64,000 bases of DNA from an uncultured Dehalococcoidia bacterium. Its GTDB lineage: Bacteria > Chloroflexota > Dehalococcoidia > Lucifugimonadales > UBA3495. The stretch covers positions 1-64,000 of the forward strand of contig CATMOE010000009.1 of NCBI GenBank assembly GCA_950072105.1. The letters are read 5' to 3'. Shown in pieces: positions 50,925 to 60,872 of the stretch. How positions within the stretch are numbered: the first letter of the stretch is position 1; each line of letters opens with the position of its first letter. The position numbers and the translations under genes were made by a program. The notes under the pieces were generated by a model that worked only from the letters and a program-made list of their open reading frames with translations, was not told the DNA's origin and searched no databases.

Positions 50925-51918
50925 AGTCCTTCTCTAGCAGCCAGCATCTGGCTTGTTGGCTGTTGCCCAGGTAAAAGGCTGGCGGCGCGTCCCCTTCTTT
51001 GCAGGTATCCATAGCTTGCTCACAACGGGGATGAAAGGGGCAAGCAGGGGGCAGATTACCGGCGTGAGGGGGTTCACCAGGAATCGTTTGCAGGCGGTCC
51101 TTCTTTTCGCCCAAAACAGGCAATGCTTTCAACAAGGCTTTAGTGTAGGGATGGGAAGGATTGTTGAGCACTTGGTCCTTGGGGCCATACTCCACCACTA
51201 ACCCGCCGTAGAAAACGGCCAACTTGTCGCACAGGTTGCCTACTATGCTGATGTCATGAGTAATGAAGATGATCGCCATCCCCGTGGCCTTCTGCAGTTC
51301 CTTCAACAGATCCAGATATTGGCGCTGGGTGGTCACGTCCAGAGCGGTGGTAGGCTCATCTGCGATCAGCAAGTCTGGATGCGGCCCGATGGACGCGGCA
51401 CTGGAGGAGCGCTGGCGCATTCCTCCGCTAAGTTCGTGGGGGTAGTTGCGTATCCTTACCTCGGGGTCGTTTATCTTTACCATGCGCAGCAGCTCAATCG
51501 TGCCTGCCATTGCCCGCTTCCAGGGCAACCCCTGGTGAACTACCAAAGGCTCCGCGATCTGAGTGCCGATGCTAAAAACCGGGTCCAGAGCGGCCATGGA
51601 ATTCTGGAGAATCATCCCTACCCTTTTGCCTCGGAGATGTCCCATCTCACGCTCGGAGCTCTTAAGGATGTCCTGGCCGTCGAAGATGATCTCCCCACCG
51701 ACGATCTGGCCACCGCGGGGCAGTAGCCTGAGGATGGAAAGGCAAGTGATGGTCTTACCGGAGCCTGACTCTCCGACCAGGCCCAGTGTTTCGCCCTTCT
51801 CAAGTTCAAAGCTAACGCCGTTAACCGCTCGAACCAGGCCCCGCCTGGTCATGAAATGGGTCTTTAGATCTCGAACCTCTAGAAGGGTACCGGCATCGTT
51901 ATGCTGGTATCCAGACAT
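50905..51918 (-). CDS. Oligopeptide ABC ATPase (OppD/DppD type)
   Basis: GESGSGKT, YPHELSGGMRQR, ADEPTTALDV and HPYT motifs. Confidence 0.93.
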   Translation of the reverse strand: MSGYQHNDAGTLLEVRDLKTHFMTRRGLVRAVNGVSFELEKGETLGLVGESGSGKTITCLSILRLLPRGGQIVGGEIIFDGQDILKSSEREMGHLRGKRVGMILQNSMAALDPVFSIGTQIAEPLVVHQGLPWKRAMAGTIELLRMVKINDPEVRIRNYPHELSGGMRQRSSSAASIGPHPDLLIADEPTTALDVTTQRQYLDLLKELQKATGMAIIFITHDISIVGNLCDKLAVFYGGLVVEYGPKDQVLNNPSHPYTKALLKALPVLGEKKDRLQTIPGEPPHAGNLPPACPFHPRCEQAMDTCKEGDAPPAFYLGNSQQARCWLLEKDYEQYSH

Positions 51919-52127
51919 TTCTGCCGCCTCCTGAATTAGCTTGTGGGAGGCTTAGTCTATTGTATCCGGCCCGCCTCCGCAAGTTATGTGGGCCAAACCA
52001 GAACGGTAACACTCCCGCTTGACACCCCCCAACCGAGATGCCAGACTAGCCAGCACAGCCTAGTGGCTACCGCCAGCATCCCGGGTCCGAGGCCAACCTC
52101 GACCCGTGCGAAGGACAGGAGGAAAAC

Positions 52128-52334
52128 ATGGCAGACGTCAAGATTGAGATTCGGGAAAACGGTCCCATGCGAGTATACGGCGCATTCGACTTGGTGGACA
52201 AAGACGGCAACTCCTACACCCAACCCGAGGGACAGTGGGTAACTCTTTGCCGCTGCGGCCAATCCGGGAAAAAGCCCTTCTGCGACTCCGCACACCGTGA
52301 GTGTTCATTCGAGGCGGATAGCGTAGCCAGCTAA
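52128..52334 (+). CDS. CDGSH iron-sulfur domain protein
   Basis: NGP...LCRCGQSGKKPFCDSAH; AGGAGG RBS. Confidence 0.9.
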   Translation: MADVKIEIRENGPMRVYGAFDLVDKDGNSYTQPEGQWVTLCRCGQSGKKPFCDSAHRECSFEADSVAS

Positions 52335-52394
52335 CCGGCGCCCCCAGAGATTCTAGGATGAAACTAGAATCTGATGGGAACGCCTAGATTTACG

Positions 52395-52450
52395 AAAAAA
52401 CAGACCGGAGCAGGTTGTTTCTTAAACACCGCTTGGCCCGGTCTGTTTTT
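52395..52450. terminator. Bidirectional terminator
   Basis: aaaaacagaccgg...ccggtctgttttt between convergent genes. Confidence 0.65.
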
Positions 52451-52487
52451 ATTGTGTTGAGCAGCGATCCGCCGATCACGGCTTCGG

Positions 52488-53558
52488 TCAGCGGCTTCGA
52501 TAGATAGTTTTGATCGCTCGGACGGACGCCAACCGCTGCTCGGCTATGCGATCGGCGGCCTTGGCGATCGAAATCTCTTCCTTTTTGGACACTTGGATCA
52601 CCCTGGACATAATTTCGTAGATCCTCTCAGTCTTTTCCCGAGCCCTATCGGCGCTATAAGGGGTGCCGATCTCCGCCGACACGTTGATGATGCCCCCGGC
52701 GTTGATCAAGTAATCGGGCGCGTACAGGACCCCGCGCCGGTGCAACTCTTCTCCATCGGCCTCGGTTAACAACTGGTTGTTGGCCCCACCGGCGATCACC
52801 CGCGCGGTGATTCTGGGGATGGTGTCCGGGTTGATCACTCCCCCCAAGGCGCAGGGGGAAAAGATGTCGCACTCCACATCGTAAATCTCGTCCGGAGCCA
52901 CCACCGGCAAGCCCAACTTCCTGGCTCGGTCCAAAGCCTCTTCATCTATATCGGTGACCACGATCTGGGAGTCTTCTTTGATCAAGTGATGGGCGGTATA
53001 GGTTGCCACCTTGCCAAACCCCTGCATGGCCACCCTTTTCCCCTTCAAGGAGTCGGTACCCCAAACTTCCTTGGCGCAGGCTTTCATCCCCATGTAGATG
53101 CCCAGTCCCGTCATGATGGAAGTGTCGCCACTACCCCCTGCGGTGATGGGCAGCCCCACAACATATTGAGTTTCCTGGCTGATGTACTCCAGATCGCGCC
53201 CGGTGCTGCCGACGTCGGTGGTGACCAGGTACCGGCCGCCCAGAGTATCCAGGAACCGTCCGAAAGCCCTCAGCATAGCCTCGTTTTTCTGCGTATGCGA
53301 GTCCGCGATGATGACCGCCTTGCCCCCTCCCAACGGCAGGTCCGCAGCCGCCGACTTATATGTCATCGCCCGTGATAGCCGCAGCACGTCTTGGATAGCC
53401 TGCTCCTCTGTCTCATAGGGCCAGATCCGGAGACCGCCACAGGCCGGACCCAGTGTTGTGTCGTGGATCGCGACCATCGCTTTCAGCCCGGTCGCTGGAT
53501 CGGACCACATCACCAACTGTTCGTAGCCGTAGGACCACATGTAATCGAATATCTCCAC
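52488..53558 (-). CDS. Leucine (Glu/Leu/Phe/Val) dehydrogenase
   Basis: HDTTLGPA.GG.R, MTYK, GGGKAVI, QGFGKV, PCALG, GANNQL and YAPDYLINAGG motifs. Confidence 0.93.
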   Translation of the reverse strand: MEIFDYMWSYGYEQLVMWSDPATGLKAMVAIHDTTLGPACGGLRIWPYETEEQAIQDVLRLSRAMTYKSAAADLPLGGGKAVIIADSHTQKNEAMLRAFGRFLDTLGGRYLVTTDVGSTGRDLEYISQETQYVVGLPITAGGSGDTSIMTGLGIYMGMKACAKEVWGTDSLKGKRVAMQGFGKVATYTAHHLIKEDSQIVVTDIDEEALDRARKLGLPVVAPDEIYDVECDIFSPCALGGVINPDTIPRITARVIAGGANNQLLTEADGEELHRRGVLYAPDYLINAGGIINVSAEIGTPYSADRAREKTERIYEIMSRVIQVSKKEEISIAKAADRIAEQRLASVRAIKTIYRSR

Positions 53559-53751
53559 AGATCAACCTCCTGAAGTGGGGCAAGATGGAACATCCTCACA
53601 AGATTAGATGCCAAGCACCGGAGGATGGACCAACGTACGTGAAAACTTGCTTGTTAAGCACCAAGCCGGCCACGTTTATCTAATACTCCTGAATTATAAA
53701 CCACTGCTTAAGCTGGCAATCGTGTAAACCCTCTTTGTTCCTGCTGCCAAT

Positions 53752-54018
53752 AAACTGCTTCCGGGTGGCGCTTCATTATTACTACCGCATCACTACCGCA
53801 ATTCCGCCGGCAAGAAGAACGACCGGCTGATGCTGGATTTCACCGCTGAAGGCGACGCTCTGGCCTGGACTTTGGACAAGATCAAGAACCGGTTACCCAT
53901 CATGCTGCTTCGATGCGAGGCCGATGAGGTCGCCCGCGACCTCGACCAGAAGGACGTGGACGCCGCGTTGCCCAAGATCGTGGCCTGGGCCGAGACCATG
54001 ACTCACCGCCGGGCTTAA
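53752..54018 (+). pseudogene. 5'-truncated, frameshifted remnant of a hypothetical protein
   Basis: Protein-like ORF 53830-54018 extends upstream as HYRNSAGKKNDRL. Removing the 11-bp near-tandem duplication at 53779-53800 joins it to NCFRVALHY(H)YRN; no start codon lies upstream. Confidence 0.45.
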
Positions 54019-54043
54019 GCAGATATTCACAGATTTGCCAAGT

Positions 54044-54071
54044 AAGAAGGCTCCCGTTTGGGAGCCTTCTT
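54044..54071 (+). terminator. Terminator hairpin
   Basis: aagaaggctccc-gttt-gggagccttctt. Confidence 0.7.
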
Positions 54072-54169
54072 AAATTTCCAGCCCCCTATTCTCCTAGCCG
54101 CCTTAGACTGGAAACCGTTCAGATGTTAGAATCCCCAGCAATGGCCGCCAAGGCCAAACAGGAGGACGC

Positions 54170-54694
54170 ATGACGCAGCAATATTCTCAGCCGCCGGAGA
54201 TGTCCATCGACCTTAGCAAGACTTATTCGGCGGCGATACGAACCAGCCACGGGGTCATCACCGTGGATCTGTTGACTTCTGACGCGCCGGCCACAGTCAA
54301 CAACTTTGTTTTCCTAGCCAAGGAAGGTTTCTACACCAACGGCAAGTTCCACCGGGTGATCAAAGATTTCATGGTTCAAGGAGGCTGCCCCAAGGGGGAC
54401 GGCACCGGCGGACCCGGCTACAAATTCAACGACGAGACGGTGTCCCGTCAGTACGTAAAGGGCACCCTGGCCATGGCCAACGCCGGACCCAACACCAACG
54501 GCAGTCAGTTCTTCATCGTCCATGGCGCCAACACCGGACTGCCGCCGAACTACACCATCTTCGGCATGGTCTCCTCAGGGGTTGAGGTGTTGGACGCGCT
54601 GGCCAATGTGGAAGTGAAGTCCGGAGGCGGCGGCGAGCGGTCCACACCCGTCGAGACCCAGGAGATTCAAGGGATAGACATCACCGAAAGCTGA
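54170..54694 (+). CDS. Cyclophilin-type peptidyl-prolyl cis-trans isomerase
   Basis: FHRVIKDFMVQGG, LAMANAGPNTNGSQFFI and YTIFG motifs. Confidence 0.95.
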   Translation: MTQQYSQPPEMSIDLSKTYSAAIRTSHGVITVDLLTSDAPATVNNFVFLAKEGFYTNGKFHRVIKDFMVQGGCPKGDGTGGPGYKFNDETVSRQYVKGTLAMANAGPNTNGSQFFIVHGANTGLPPNYTIFGMVSSGVEVLDALANVEVKSGGGGERSTPVETQEIQGIDITES

Positions 54695-54742
54695 TCGAAT
54701 TCCGCATTCATGGAAAGAGCAGGGTGAAGAGCTTTCGCGGAA

Positions 54743-55585
54743 TCATCCCGCGGTTCGGCCAGACTCGACCCACATCTGGTATACCCTGTTCTTAGTCATA
54801 CCCGTGGCTTCGGACACCTGAGCCACCGCATCCTTAGCCCGGACCCCTTCCTGCCGGAGGCTAGCCAGCCATCCCGCGGCATCTTCCAGTTGGTCTGGGG
54901 CCGGTCCGTCGTCCGTTGGGCTTGGCGCGGCGCCACGGAGCACCAGAACGAATTCGCCTCGGGGCTCCCTGAAGTGGGTCAGGGCCTCCGAGGCGTTGCC
55001 CCGGAACACCTCTTCATAAAACTTGGTCAATTCGCGGCACACCGACATTTCCCGGTCCCCCAAGACCGCCAGAATATCCTTCAGCGTAACCTGCAGCCGG
55101 TGGGGGGCCTCGAAGATCACCAGGGTATGAGTCGATCGGGTTAGTTCCTGCAGCCGAGCGCGGCGTTCCCGGGCCTTTCGGGGCAGGAACCCCAAGAAAA
55201 GAAATTCATCGCCGGACATCCCTGACATCGCCATGGCCGTGGTAACCGCCGAAACTCCGGGCACCGCTTCCACCGGGAAACCCGCGGCGGCCGCCTGGGA
55301 CACCAGCTCGGCGCCGGGGTCGCTCACTCCGGGCATTCCTGCGTCGGTGACTAAGGCCACGCCGCCAGAACCCAGAGCTTCCAGCAACGCCGGGAGCCGC
55401 TGGTGTTGGTTGTGTTCGTTGAAGCTAACCATGGGAGTGTGCAAGCCAAGGTGGCTGAGCAAGCGCCGGGTCACCCGGGTGTCCTCGGCAGCGATCAAGC
55501 TCACCTCTCCCAAGACTCGCGCCGCCCGGGGGGTAAGGTCTTCCAGGTTGCCTATGGGGGTGCCGACTACGTACAACTTGCCCAT
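54743..55585 (-). CDS. rsmI: 16S rRNA C1402 2'-O-methyltransferase
   Basis: LYVVGTPIGNLEDL, AAEDTR, DAGMPGVSDPG, FEAPHR and RELTK motifs. Confidence 0.96.
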   Translation of the reverse strand: MGKLYVVGTPIGNLEDLTPRAARVLGEVSLIAAEDTRVTRRLLSHLGLHTPMVSFNEHNQHQRLPALLEALGSGGVALVTDAGMPGVSDPGAELVSQAAAAGFPVEAVPGVSAVTTAMAMSGMSGDEFLFLGFLPRKARERRARLQELTRSTHTLVIFEAPHRLQVTLKDILAVLGDREMSVCRELTKFYEEVFRGNASEALTHFREPRGEFVLVLRGAAPSPTDDGPAPDQLEDAAGWLASLRQEGVRAKDAVAQVSEATGMTKNRVYQMWVESGRTAG

Positions 55586-55715
55586 CGCTCTAGGTCATCC
55601 ACCACCGCTCTTGCGCCCATGGAAGTGGGCCGGTAAGCTCTATCTAGCTATATCACCGGCTAGATTATACCGCCGTTAGAGCATTAGCCGGAGTGGGATT
55701 CATTAAGGAGAAAGA

Positions 55716-57386
55716 ATGGCCAAACTCACCGGTGGGCACCTGTTCATCCGTTGCTTAAAGCAAGAAGGCATTAAGAAGATCTTTACTATAGTAGGCGACA
55801 CCATCTTGCCCCTGGTAGACGCCGCCGCTGACGAAGGTATCGAGTTCATCGACACCCGCCACGAAGGTGCGGCGATGCATATGGCCGACGCCTACGCCCG
55901 GATCACCGGACAACCATCCGTGGCCATGTTCACCGGCGGACCGGGTTACGCCAACGCCATCTCGGGTCTTCCGGCCATCTTCACTTCGGAAAGCCCGGTG
56001 ATCTTCGTGGCCGGCGCCGCTGAGCTTCCTGAGAAAGGAATGACCACCTTCCAAGAGATCGATCAGGTAGCCATGGCCGCTCCGGTCACCAAGGGCTCCT
56101 GGATGATCCACGACCGCCGCCGGATCCCCGAATTCGTGGCCACTGCCTTCCGCACCGCCATGTCCGGCCGGCCGGGACCAGTGCATCTCACATTACCTAT
56201 AGACATCCAGGAGCAGGAGATCTCCGAGGACGAACTCCCTCAGTATCTTCCTCACGAATACCGAGCCATGGGCCGCGCCCAGGCTGATCCATCGTTGATC
56301 GATGAGGCCGCCTCGTTGCTAAGCCAGGCCCAGAAACCGGTGATTATCGTGGGAAATCCTGGCCGCTATTCCATCACAGCGGAACAGATGGAGAAGCTGG
56401 CCGAAACCACCGGCATCCCGGTGTTTACCGTTGAGCAGGCCCGGGGTCTGTTGGACGACGAGCATCCCCTTTGTTTCGGCTACGCCGACGGCGCTCTTAA
56501 CCCCACCGCCCGCCGGTTCCGCGAGTCCGATGTTGTACTCTTGCTGGGGAAGCGATTGGACCATCGATACCGCTACGGCCAGATCTTCAACACTTCCGCC
56601 AAGCTCATCCAAGCCGACCCATCTCCCGCCGAGATTGGACGGAACCGTGGCGTAGCCGTGGGGCTGCTTGGAGATTTGGGCGCTATCGTGGACCAGATCA
56701 CCGCCGCGGCGGCCAAGGGTAGCAAGCAAGACATCTCTTCCTGGGTTGACCAACTGGGCCAGGACCAAAAGGCCTGGAACGATGCGCTTCGATCCAAAGC
56801 CACCGGGGAGCAACCGATGCACCCCTTGGACATATTCACCAGGATAGAGCATCTGATCGACCGGGACACCTTCATCGTCATGGACGGCGGCGACTACGTA
56901 CAATGGGGCCGCTCTTACTTGAAAGCGCGGATGCCGGGCCGGTTCATCCGCCTGGGGCCCCTCAGCCACCTGGGGGCGGGTATCCCCTACGGCATGGCCG
57001 CCAAATTGGCCTACCCCGACAGCAAGGTGCTGGTGTTCATCGGCGACGGCGCGTTCGGGTTTTACCCCATGGAATACGACACCTGCATTCGGCACAACCT
57101 GCCCATAACCACCGTCATGGGCAACGACGCTACTTGGGGCATCGACAAGACGTTCCAATTGGCCTATTACGACCGAGCCGTGGGTACTGATCTTCGCTTC
57201 ATCAGGTACGACAAAATGGTGGAAGCCATCGGCGGCTATGCGGAATACGTGCAGATCCCCGAGGAGGTCGCTCCGGCGGTAGAGAGGGCGCTGGCCTCAT
57301 CCCTCCCTTCACTGGTGAACGTTTCCGTCCGCTCGGGCGCCAGCCCGCTGGCCGAAGCCATGATTACCCGGCGCCGGGGGAGCTAA
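55716..57386 (+). CDS. Thiamine-diphosphate enzyme (acetolactate synthase / 2-hydroxyacyl-CoA lyase-like)
   Basis: TRHE, GPG..N, FQEID, GRPGPVHL and GDGAFGF...ND..WG ThDP motif. Confidence 0.88.
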   Translation: MAKLTGGHLFIRCLKQEGIKKIFTIVGDTILPLVDAAADEGIEFIDTRHEGAAMHMADAYARITGQPSVAMFTGGPGYANAISGLPAIFTSESPVIFVAGAAELPEKGMTTFQEIDQVAMAAPVTKGSWMIHDRRRIPEFVATAFRTAMSGRPGPVHLTLPIDIQEQEISEDELPQYLPHEYRAMGRAQADPSLIDEAASLLSQAQKPVIIVGNPGRYSITAEQMEKLAETTGIPVFTVEQARGLLDDEHPLCFGYADGALNPTARRFRESDVVLLLGKRLDHRYRYGQIFNTSAKLIQADPSPAEIGRNRGVAVGLLGDLGAIVDQITAAAAKGSKQDISSWVDQLGQDQKAWNDALRSKATGEQPMHPLDIFTRIEHLIDRDTFIVMDGGDYVQWGRSYLKARMPGRFIRLGPLSHLGAGIPYGMAAKLAYPDSKVLVFIGDGAFGFYPMEYDTCIRHNLPITTVMGNDATWGIDKTFQLAYYDRAVGTDLRFIRYDKMVEAIGGYAEYVQIPEEVAPAVERALASSLPSLVNVSVRSGASPLAEAMITRRRGS

Positions 57387-57501
57387 GAGATCCAGACAGC
57401 TCGAATAATCAGGAGTGAGCGCCAACGGCGACGAGATTCGTGAAGAATGTGCCGAGTGTCGTGCGATCGAATAAATTTCTCAAATCACCCGCGCCACACT
57501 C

Positions 57502-57530
57502 TTGACATTTCCACCCACGATGATTAATGT
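57502..57530 (+). promoter_or_regulatory. sigma70 promoter of reductive-dehalogenase-like copy 1
   Basis: TTGACA-N17-TAATGT. Confidence 0.6.
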
Positions 57531-57585
57531 TCTGGGTAGAAGCCGTACACCGATTTATACACTCATAAAACCTGGAGGAACGGTT

Positions 57586-58866
57586 ATGCTAAAGATAGGC
57601 CACGAAGTCGTCCGCCCCGGCGTTAGGTTGGGCGATCCCACTTTGACCATTCCAGTACCTGAAGAACTGGAAACCGTACCTGGGATTCCCCTAAACAACC
57701 GGGAGGTCGACTGGTATGCCCGGGAGTATCCGCTGGAAAGCATGAACATAACCGAGCGGGCGTCCCGTACCTGGGCGAATGGCATGAGAGACGCGCATGC
57801 CGAGATGCGGGAGATTCGCAAGGAGCACGAAAAGCTGAACAAGGCTTTGATTCTGGCTGCTCGCGCGACTGCGGAGATCGAACCCACTGTCGAGCCGACG
57901 GGCGAAGATATGACAGATGCCATCAAGCACAAGGCTCGCGAGTTGGGATTCATCGAAGTCGGTATTACCTCCTTCGACCACCGCTACACTTTCAGCAGCA
58001 AGAAAGACTCCACTACCTATTATCCGCATATAATCTGCTTGGCTTACGAGCAGGACTTCGAGCCTACCCAGACCATCCCCAGCGTCGACGCTGAGATCGT
58101 TCACTCCAGCACCTACCGGACGGAAGGCGCCGCGGCCTTGGAGCTGGGCAACTTCATCCGCTCCCACGGCTATCACGCCCAGGTCACCGGATCGGGCGAC
58201 TCCCCTGGCCCCTACATCCCAATGTTCGTGGAAGCGGGACTGGGTCAGTTGGGCGCTTGCGGCTACCTGTTGACCCCCCACGTGGGCAACCGTTGCCGCC
58301 TGGTCTCCGTGACCACCGACGCCGCAGTGAGCTACGACAAGCCCGTCGACTACGGCATCCACGCCTTCTGCCAAGTCTGCCAGGTCTGCGTCAACCGCTG
58401 CCCCGGCCGCGCCCTGATGCGTGACAAGATCTGGTGGCGGGGTCTGGAAAAGAACAAGTTGTACTTCAAGCGCTGCCGCCCCGTTATGGCCCGCTACTTG
58501 GGCTGCGGTATCTGCATGAAGACCTGTCCCGTTCAGAAGTACGGAATGAAGAACGTCATGGAGCACTACGCCGAGACCGGTCAGGTCCTTGGCAAGGGCA
58601 CCCACGACCTCGAAGGTTACACCCTAGAGGGCAAGGGCTACTTCGGACCGGGCGAGCTCCCCACCTTCGACCGTGGCTTCTTCGACATGCCCCACGGCAA
58701 CGAGTACGAGTGGTCCTTCGAAACGTTCAAGAAGACGGCCCGGGAGGCCGGCGGTGTCATCACCGACGATCTGATCGAGCAGTTCAAGGCAGAGATGAAC
58801 GAACATCTCGGCCAGGAAACCACCGACCACCTATCCATGATGGACCAGGACGCCGACTACATCTAG
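57586..58866 (+). CDS. Reductive dehalogenase/QueG-superfamily cobalamin and 2x[4Fe-4S] protein, copy 1
   Basis: IK.KARELG...VGI, IPMFVEAGLGQLG, TP..G.R.R...VTTD, FCQVCQVCVNRCP and C...CGICMKTCP motifs; no Tat signal. Confidence 0.85.
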   Translation: MLKIGHEVVRPGVRLGDPTLTIPVPEELETVPGIPLNNREVDWYAREYPLESMNITERASRTWANGMRDAHAEMREIRKEHEKLNKALILAARATAEIEPTVEPTGEDMTDAIKHKARELGFIEVGITSFDHRYTFSSKKDSTTYYPHIICLAYEQDFEPTQTIPSVDAEIVHSSTYRTEGAAALELGNFIRSHGYHAQVTGSGDSPGPYIPMFVEAGLGQLGACGYLLTPHVGNRCRLVSVTTDAAVSYDKPVDYGIHAFCQVCQVCVNRCPGRALMRDKIWWRGLEKNKLYFKRCRPVMARYLGCGICMKTCPVQKYGMKNVMEHYAETGQVLGKGTHDLEGYTLEGKGYFGPGELPTFDRGFFDMPHGNEYEWSFETFKKTAREAGGVITDDLIEQFKAEMNEHLGQETTDHLSMMDQDADYI

Positions 58867-58927
58867 AAAGCGGATCTGCCATCCGGTTGATTGGGGCATA
58901 GCTCCACTTAACCTAGATCAGCCAAGT

Positions 58928-58970
58928 ACCGGCAGGGGTTATTGAACGCCCCTGCCGGTCTTTATTTTTT
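58928..58970 (+). terminator. Rho-independent terminator after copy 1
   Basis: accggcagggg/cccctgccggt stem followed by tttatttttt. Confidence 0.8.
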
Positions 58971-59185
58971 GCCGGCGTTTGTCCGCCGGGTTCGTCTTCA
59001 GTATTATGCCCTTCCGCAGGCATCAAGAAACGTGGCATCGGCGATGTAGGCAGGGGTCCTGGGTGGAAACAGAATCAGCTTGCCGGAGCCTAAGTATTGA
59101 ATCGTCATAATTGTAACGATTTACGTAATATTTCCGGGCCAAATAACATTTTACCGTAGAACGCATGGTTGCTTATAGCAACCTA

Positions 59186-59214
59186 TTGACAAATAATGCG
59201 GGATCCTTTATATT
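59186..59214 (+). promoter_or_regulatory. sigma70 promoter of copy 2
   Basis: TTGACA-N17-TATATT, preceded by the palindrome GGTTGCT-tat-AGCAACC (59167-59183). Confidence 0.65.
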
Positions 59215-59293
59215 TCCGCTTAAGAGCGTGTGCTTGGGGTCCAACGTTTTGAGACGTATGTAATGGATCACGCATCAATTGGGAGGAGCAGAT

Positions 59294-60580
59294 ATGCTAA
59301 AGATTGGCCATGAGGTCGTCAGACCCGGTAAGAGATCAGGAGAAGCCACGGTAACCATCCCTGTTCCCGCGGAGTTGGAGGGAGTGCCCGGCATACCGCT
59401 CGAGCAGCGGGAAGTGGATTGGTACGCCCGTGAGTATCCCCTCGAGTCCATTAACTACACCGAACGGGCATCTCGTGACTGGGCCAACGAACTGCGAGAC
59501 CAGCACGCCGAGATGCGGGAGATCCGTAAAGAGCACGACAAGTTGAACCGGGGCCTGATCATGGCCGCGCGTCAAACCGCCGACGTCGAGCCCACCGTTG
59601 AGCCCACCGGCGAGGATATATCCGAAGCCATCAAAGCCAAGGCCCGGGAACTGGGTTATCTGGAAGTTGGCATAACCGCGTACGACCACCGCTACGAGTT
59701 TCAGAGCAAGCGCGATTTCACCAAGCTTCCTCATGCGATCTGCCTGGCTTACGAGCAGGACTTCGAGCCTACTCAGACCATCCCCAGCGTGGACGCTGAG
59801 ATCGTTCACTCCAGCACCTACCGGACCCAGGGAGCGGCCGGCCTTGAACTGGGCTCCTTCATCAACTCTCTGGGCTATCGTGCCCATGTGATTCACTCAT
59901 CCGACGCCACCGGCCCGGTGATTCCCATGTTCGTGGAAGCCGGTCTGGGTCAGTTGGGCGCCTGCGGCTATCTGCTGACCCCACATGCCGGCAACCGCAA
60001 CCGGCTGATGATGGTCACCACCGACGCCGAAGTGACCTACGACAAGCCCATCGACTACGGCATCCACGCCTTCTGCCAAGTCTGCCAGGTCTGCGTCAAC
60101 CGCTGCCCCGGCCGCGCCCTGATGCGTGACAAGATCTGGTGGCGGGGTCTGGAAAAGAACAAGTTGTACTTCAAGCGCTGCCGTCCCGTTATGGCCCGCT
60201 ACTTGGGCTGCGGTATCTGCATGAAGACCTGCCCGATCCAGAAGTACGGCATGAAGAACGTCATGGAGCACTACGCCGATACCGGCCAGGTCCTAGGCAA
60301 GGGAACCCACGACCTCGAAGGTTACACCCTAGAGGGCAAGGGCTACTTCGGACCGGGCGAGCTCCCCGTCTTCGACCGCGGCTTCTTCGACATGCCCCAC
60401 GGCACCATCGAAGACCACGCCTTCGAGCAGTTCAAGGAGAACGCCAAAGCTGCCGGCGGTGAGGTCACTGAAGAGATGGTCGATGAACTCAAGGCCGAGA
60501 TCGGCAGAGCCATGGGGCAAAAGTACGACGCCGTGGCGATGCTGGACGCCAGCCTGGACGTGGACGCGGACTACATCTAG
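59294..60580 (+). CDS. Reductive dehalogenase-like protein, copy 2
   Basis: Same motifs as copy 1; GGAGG RBS. Confidence 0.85.
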   Translation: MLKIGHEVVRPGKRSGEATVTIPVPAELEGVPGIPLEQREVDWYAREYPLESINYTERASRDWANELRDQHAEMREIRKEHDKLNRGLIMAARQTADVEPTVEPTGEDISEAIKAKARELGYLEVGITAYDHRYEFQSKRDFTKLPHAICLAYEQDFEPTQTIPSVDAEIVHSSTYRTQGAAGLELGSFINSLGYRAHVIHSSDATGPVIPMFVEAGLGQLGACGYLLTPHAGNRNRLMMVTTDAEVTYDKPIDYGIHAFCQVCQVCVNRCPGRALMRDKIWWRGLEKNKLYFKRCRPVMARYLGCGICMKTCPIQKYGMKNVMEHYADTGQVLGKGTHDLEGYTLEGKGYFGPGELPVFDRGFFDMPHGTIEDHAFEQFKENAKAAGGEVTEEMVDELKAEIGRAMGQKYDAVAMLDASLDVDADYI

Positions 60581-60648
60581 ATATCCGTCGATCCATACAT
60601 CCACCATGCCTGCCGGGGTGGCCTCGGCAGGAAACCAAGAGTCTCAAG

Positions 60649-60682
60649 AGCCGCCCCCGATTCGTCGGGGGCGGCTTCTTTT
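60649..60682 (+). terminator. Terminator after copy 2
   Basis: agccgcccccga-ttcg-tcgggggcggct followed by tctttt. Confidence 0.75.
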
Positions 60683-60785
60683 CAGTGAGGGAGTGGCCGG
60701 CAGCCCCCGGAGTCCCAGAATCACCATCATGTTTCTTGCTGGTATATATCACGTTTTTAGATACAATTACCCCCCCTCCATAGGG

Positions 60786-60814
60786 TTGACAAATAAACTG
60801 TGAACGACTATTGT
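60786..60814 (+). promoter_or_regulatory. sigma70 promoter of copy 3
   Basis: TTGACA-N17-TATTGT. Confidence 0.6.
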
Positions 60815-60872
60815 TTGTGGCAACCATGGGTTAGACATAGCAACGCAGTGCTACTATTTGGGAGGAGAGCGT

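Noticed and set aside
57387..60872. Cobalamin riboswitches upstream of the RDase-like genes
   Set aside because: No B12-box (GCCACTG / AGYCAGRANACC-like) motifs seen, and the predicted leaders are short.
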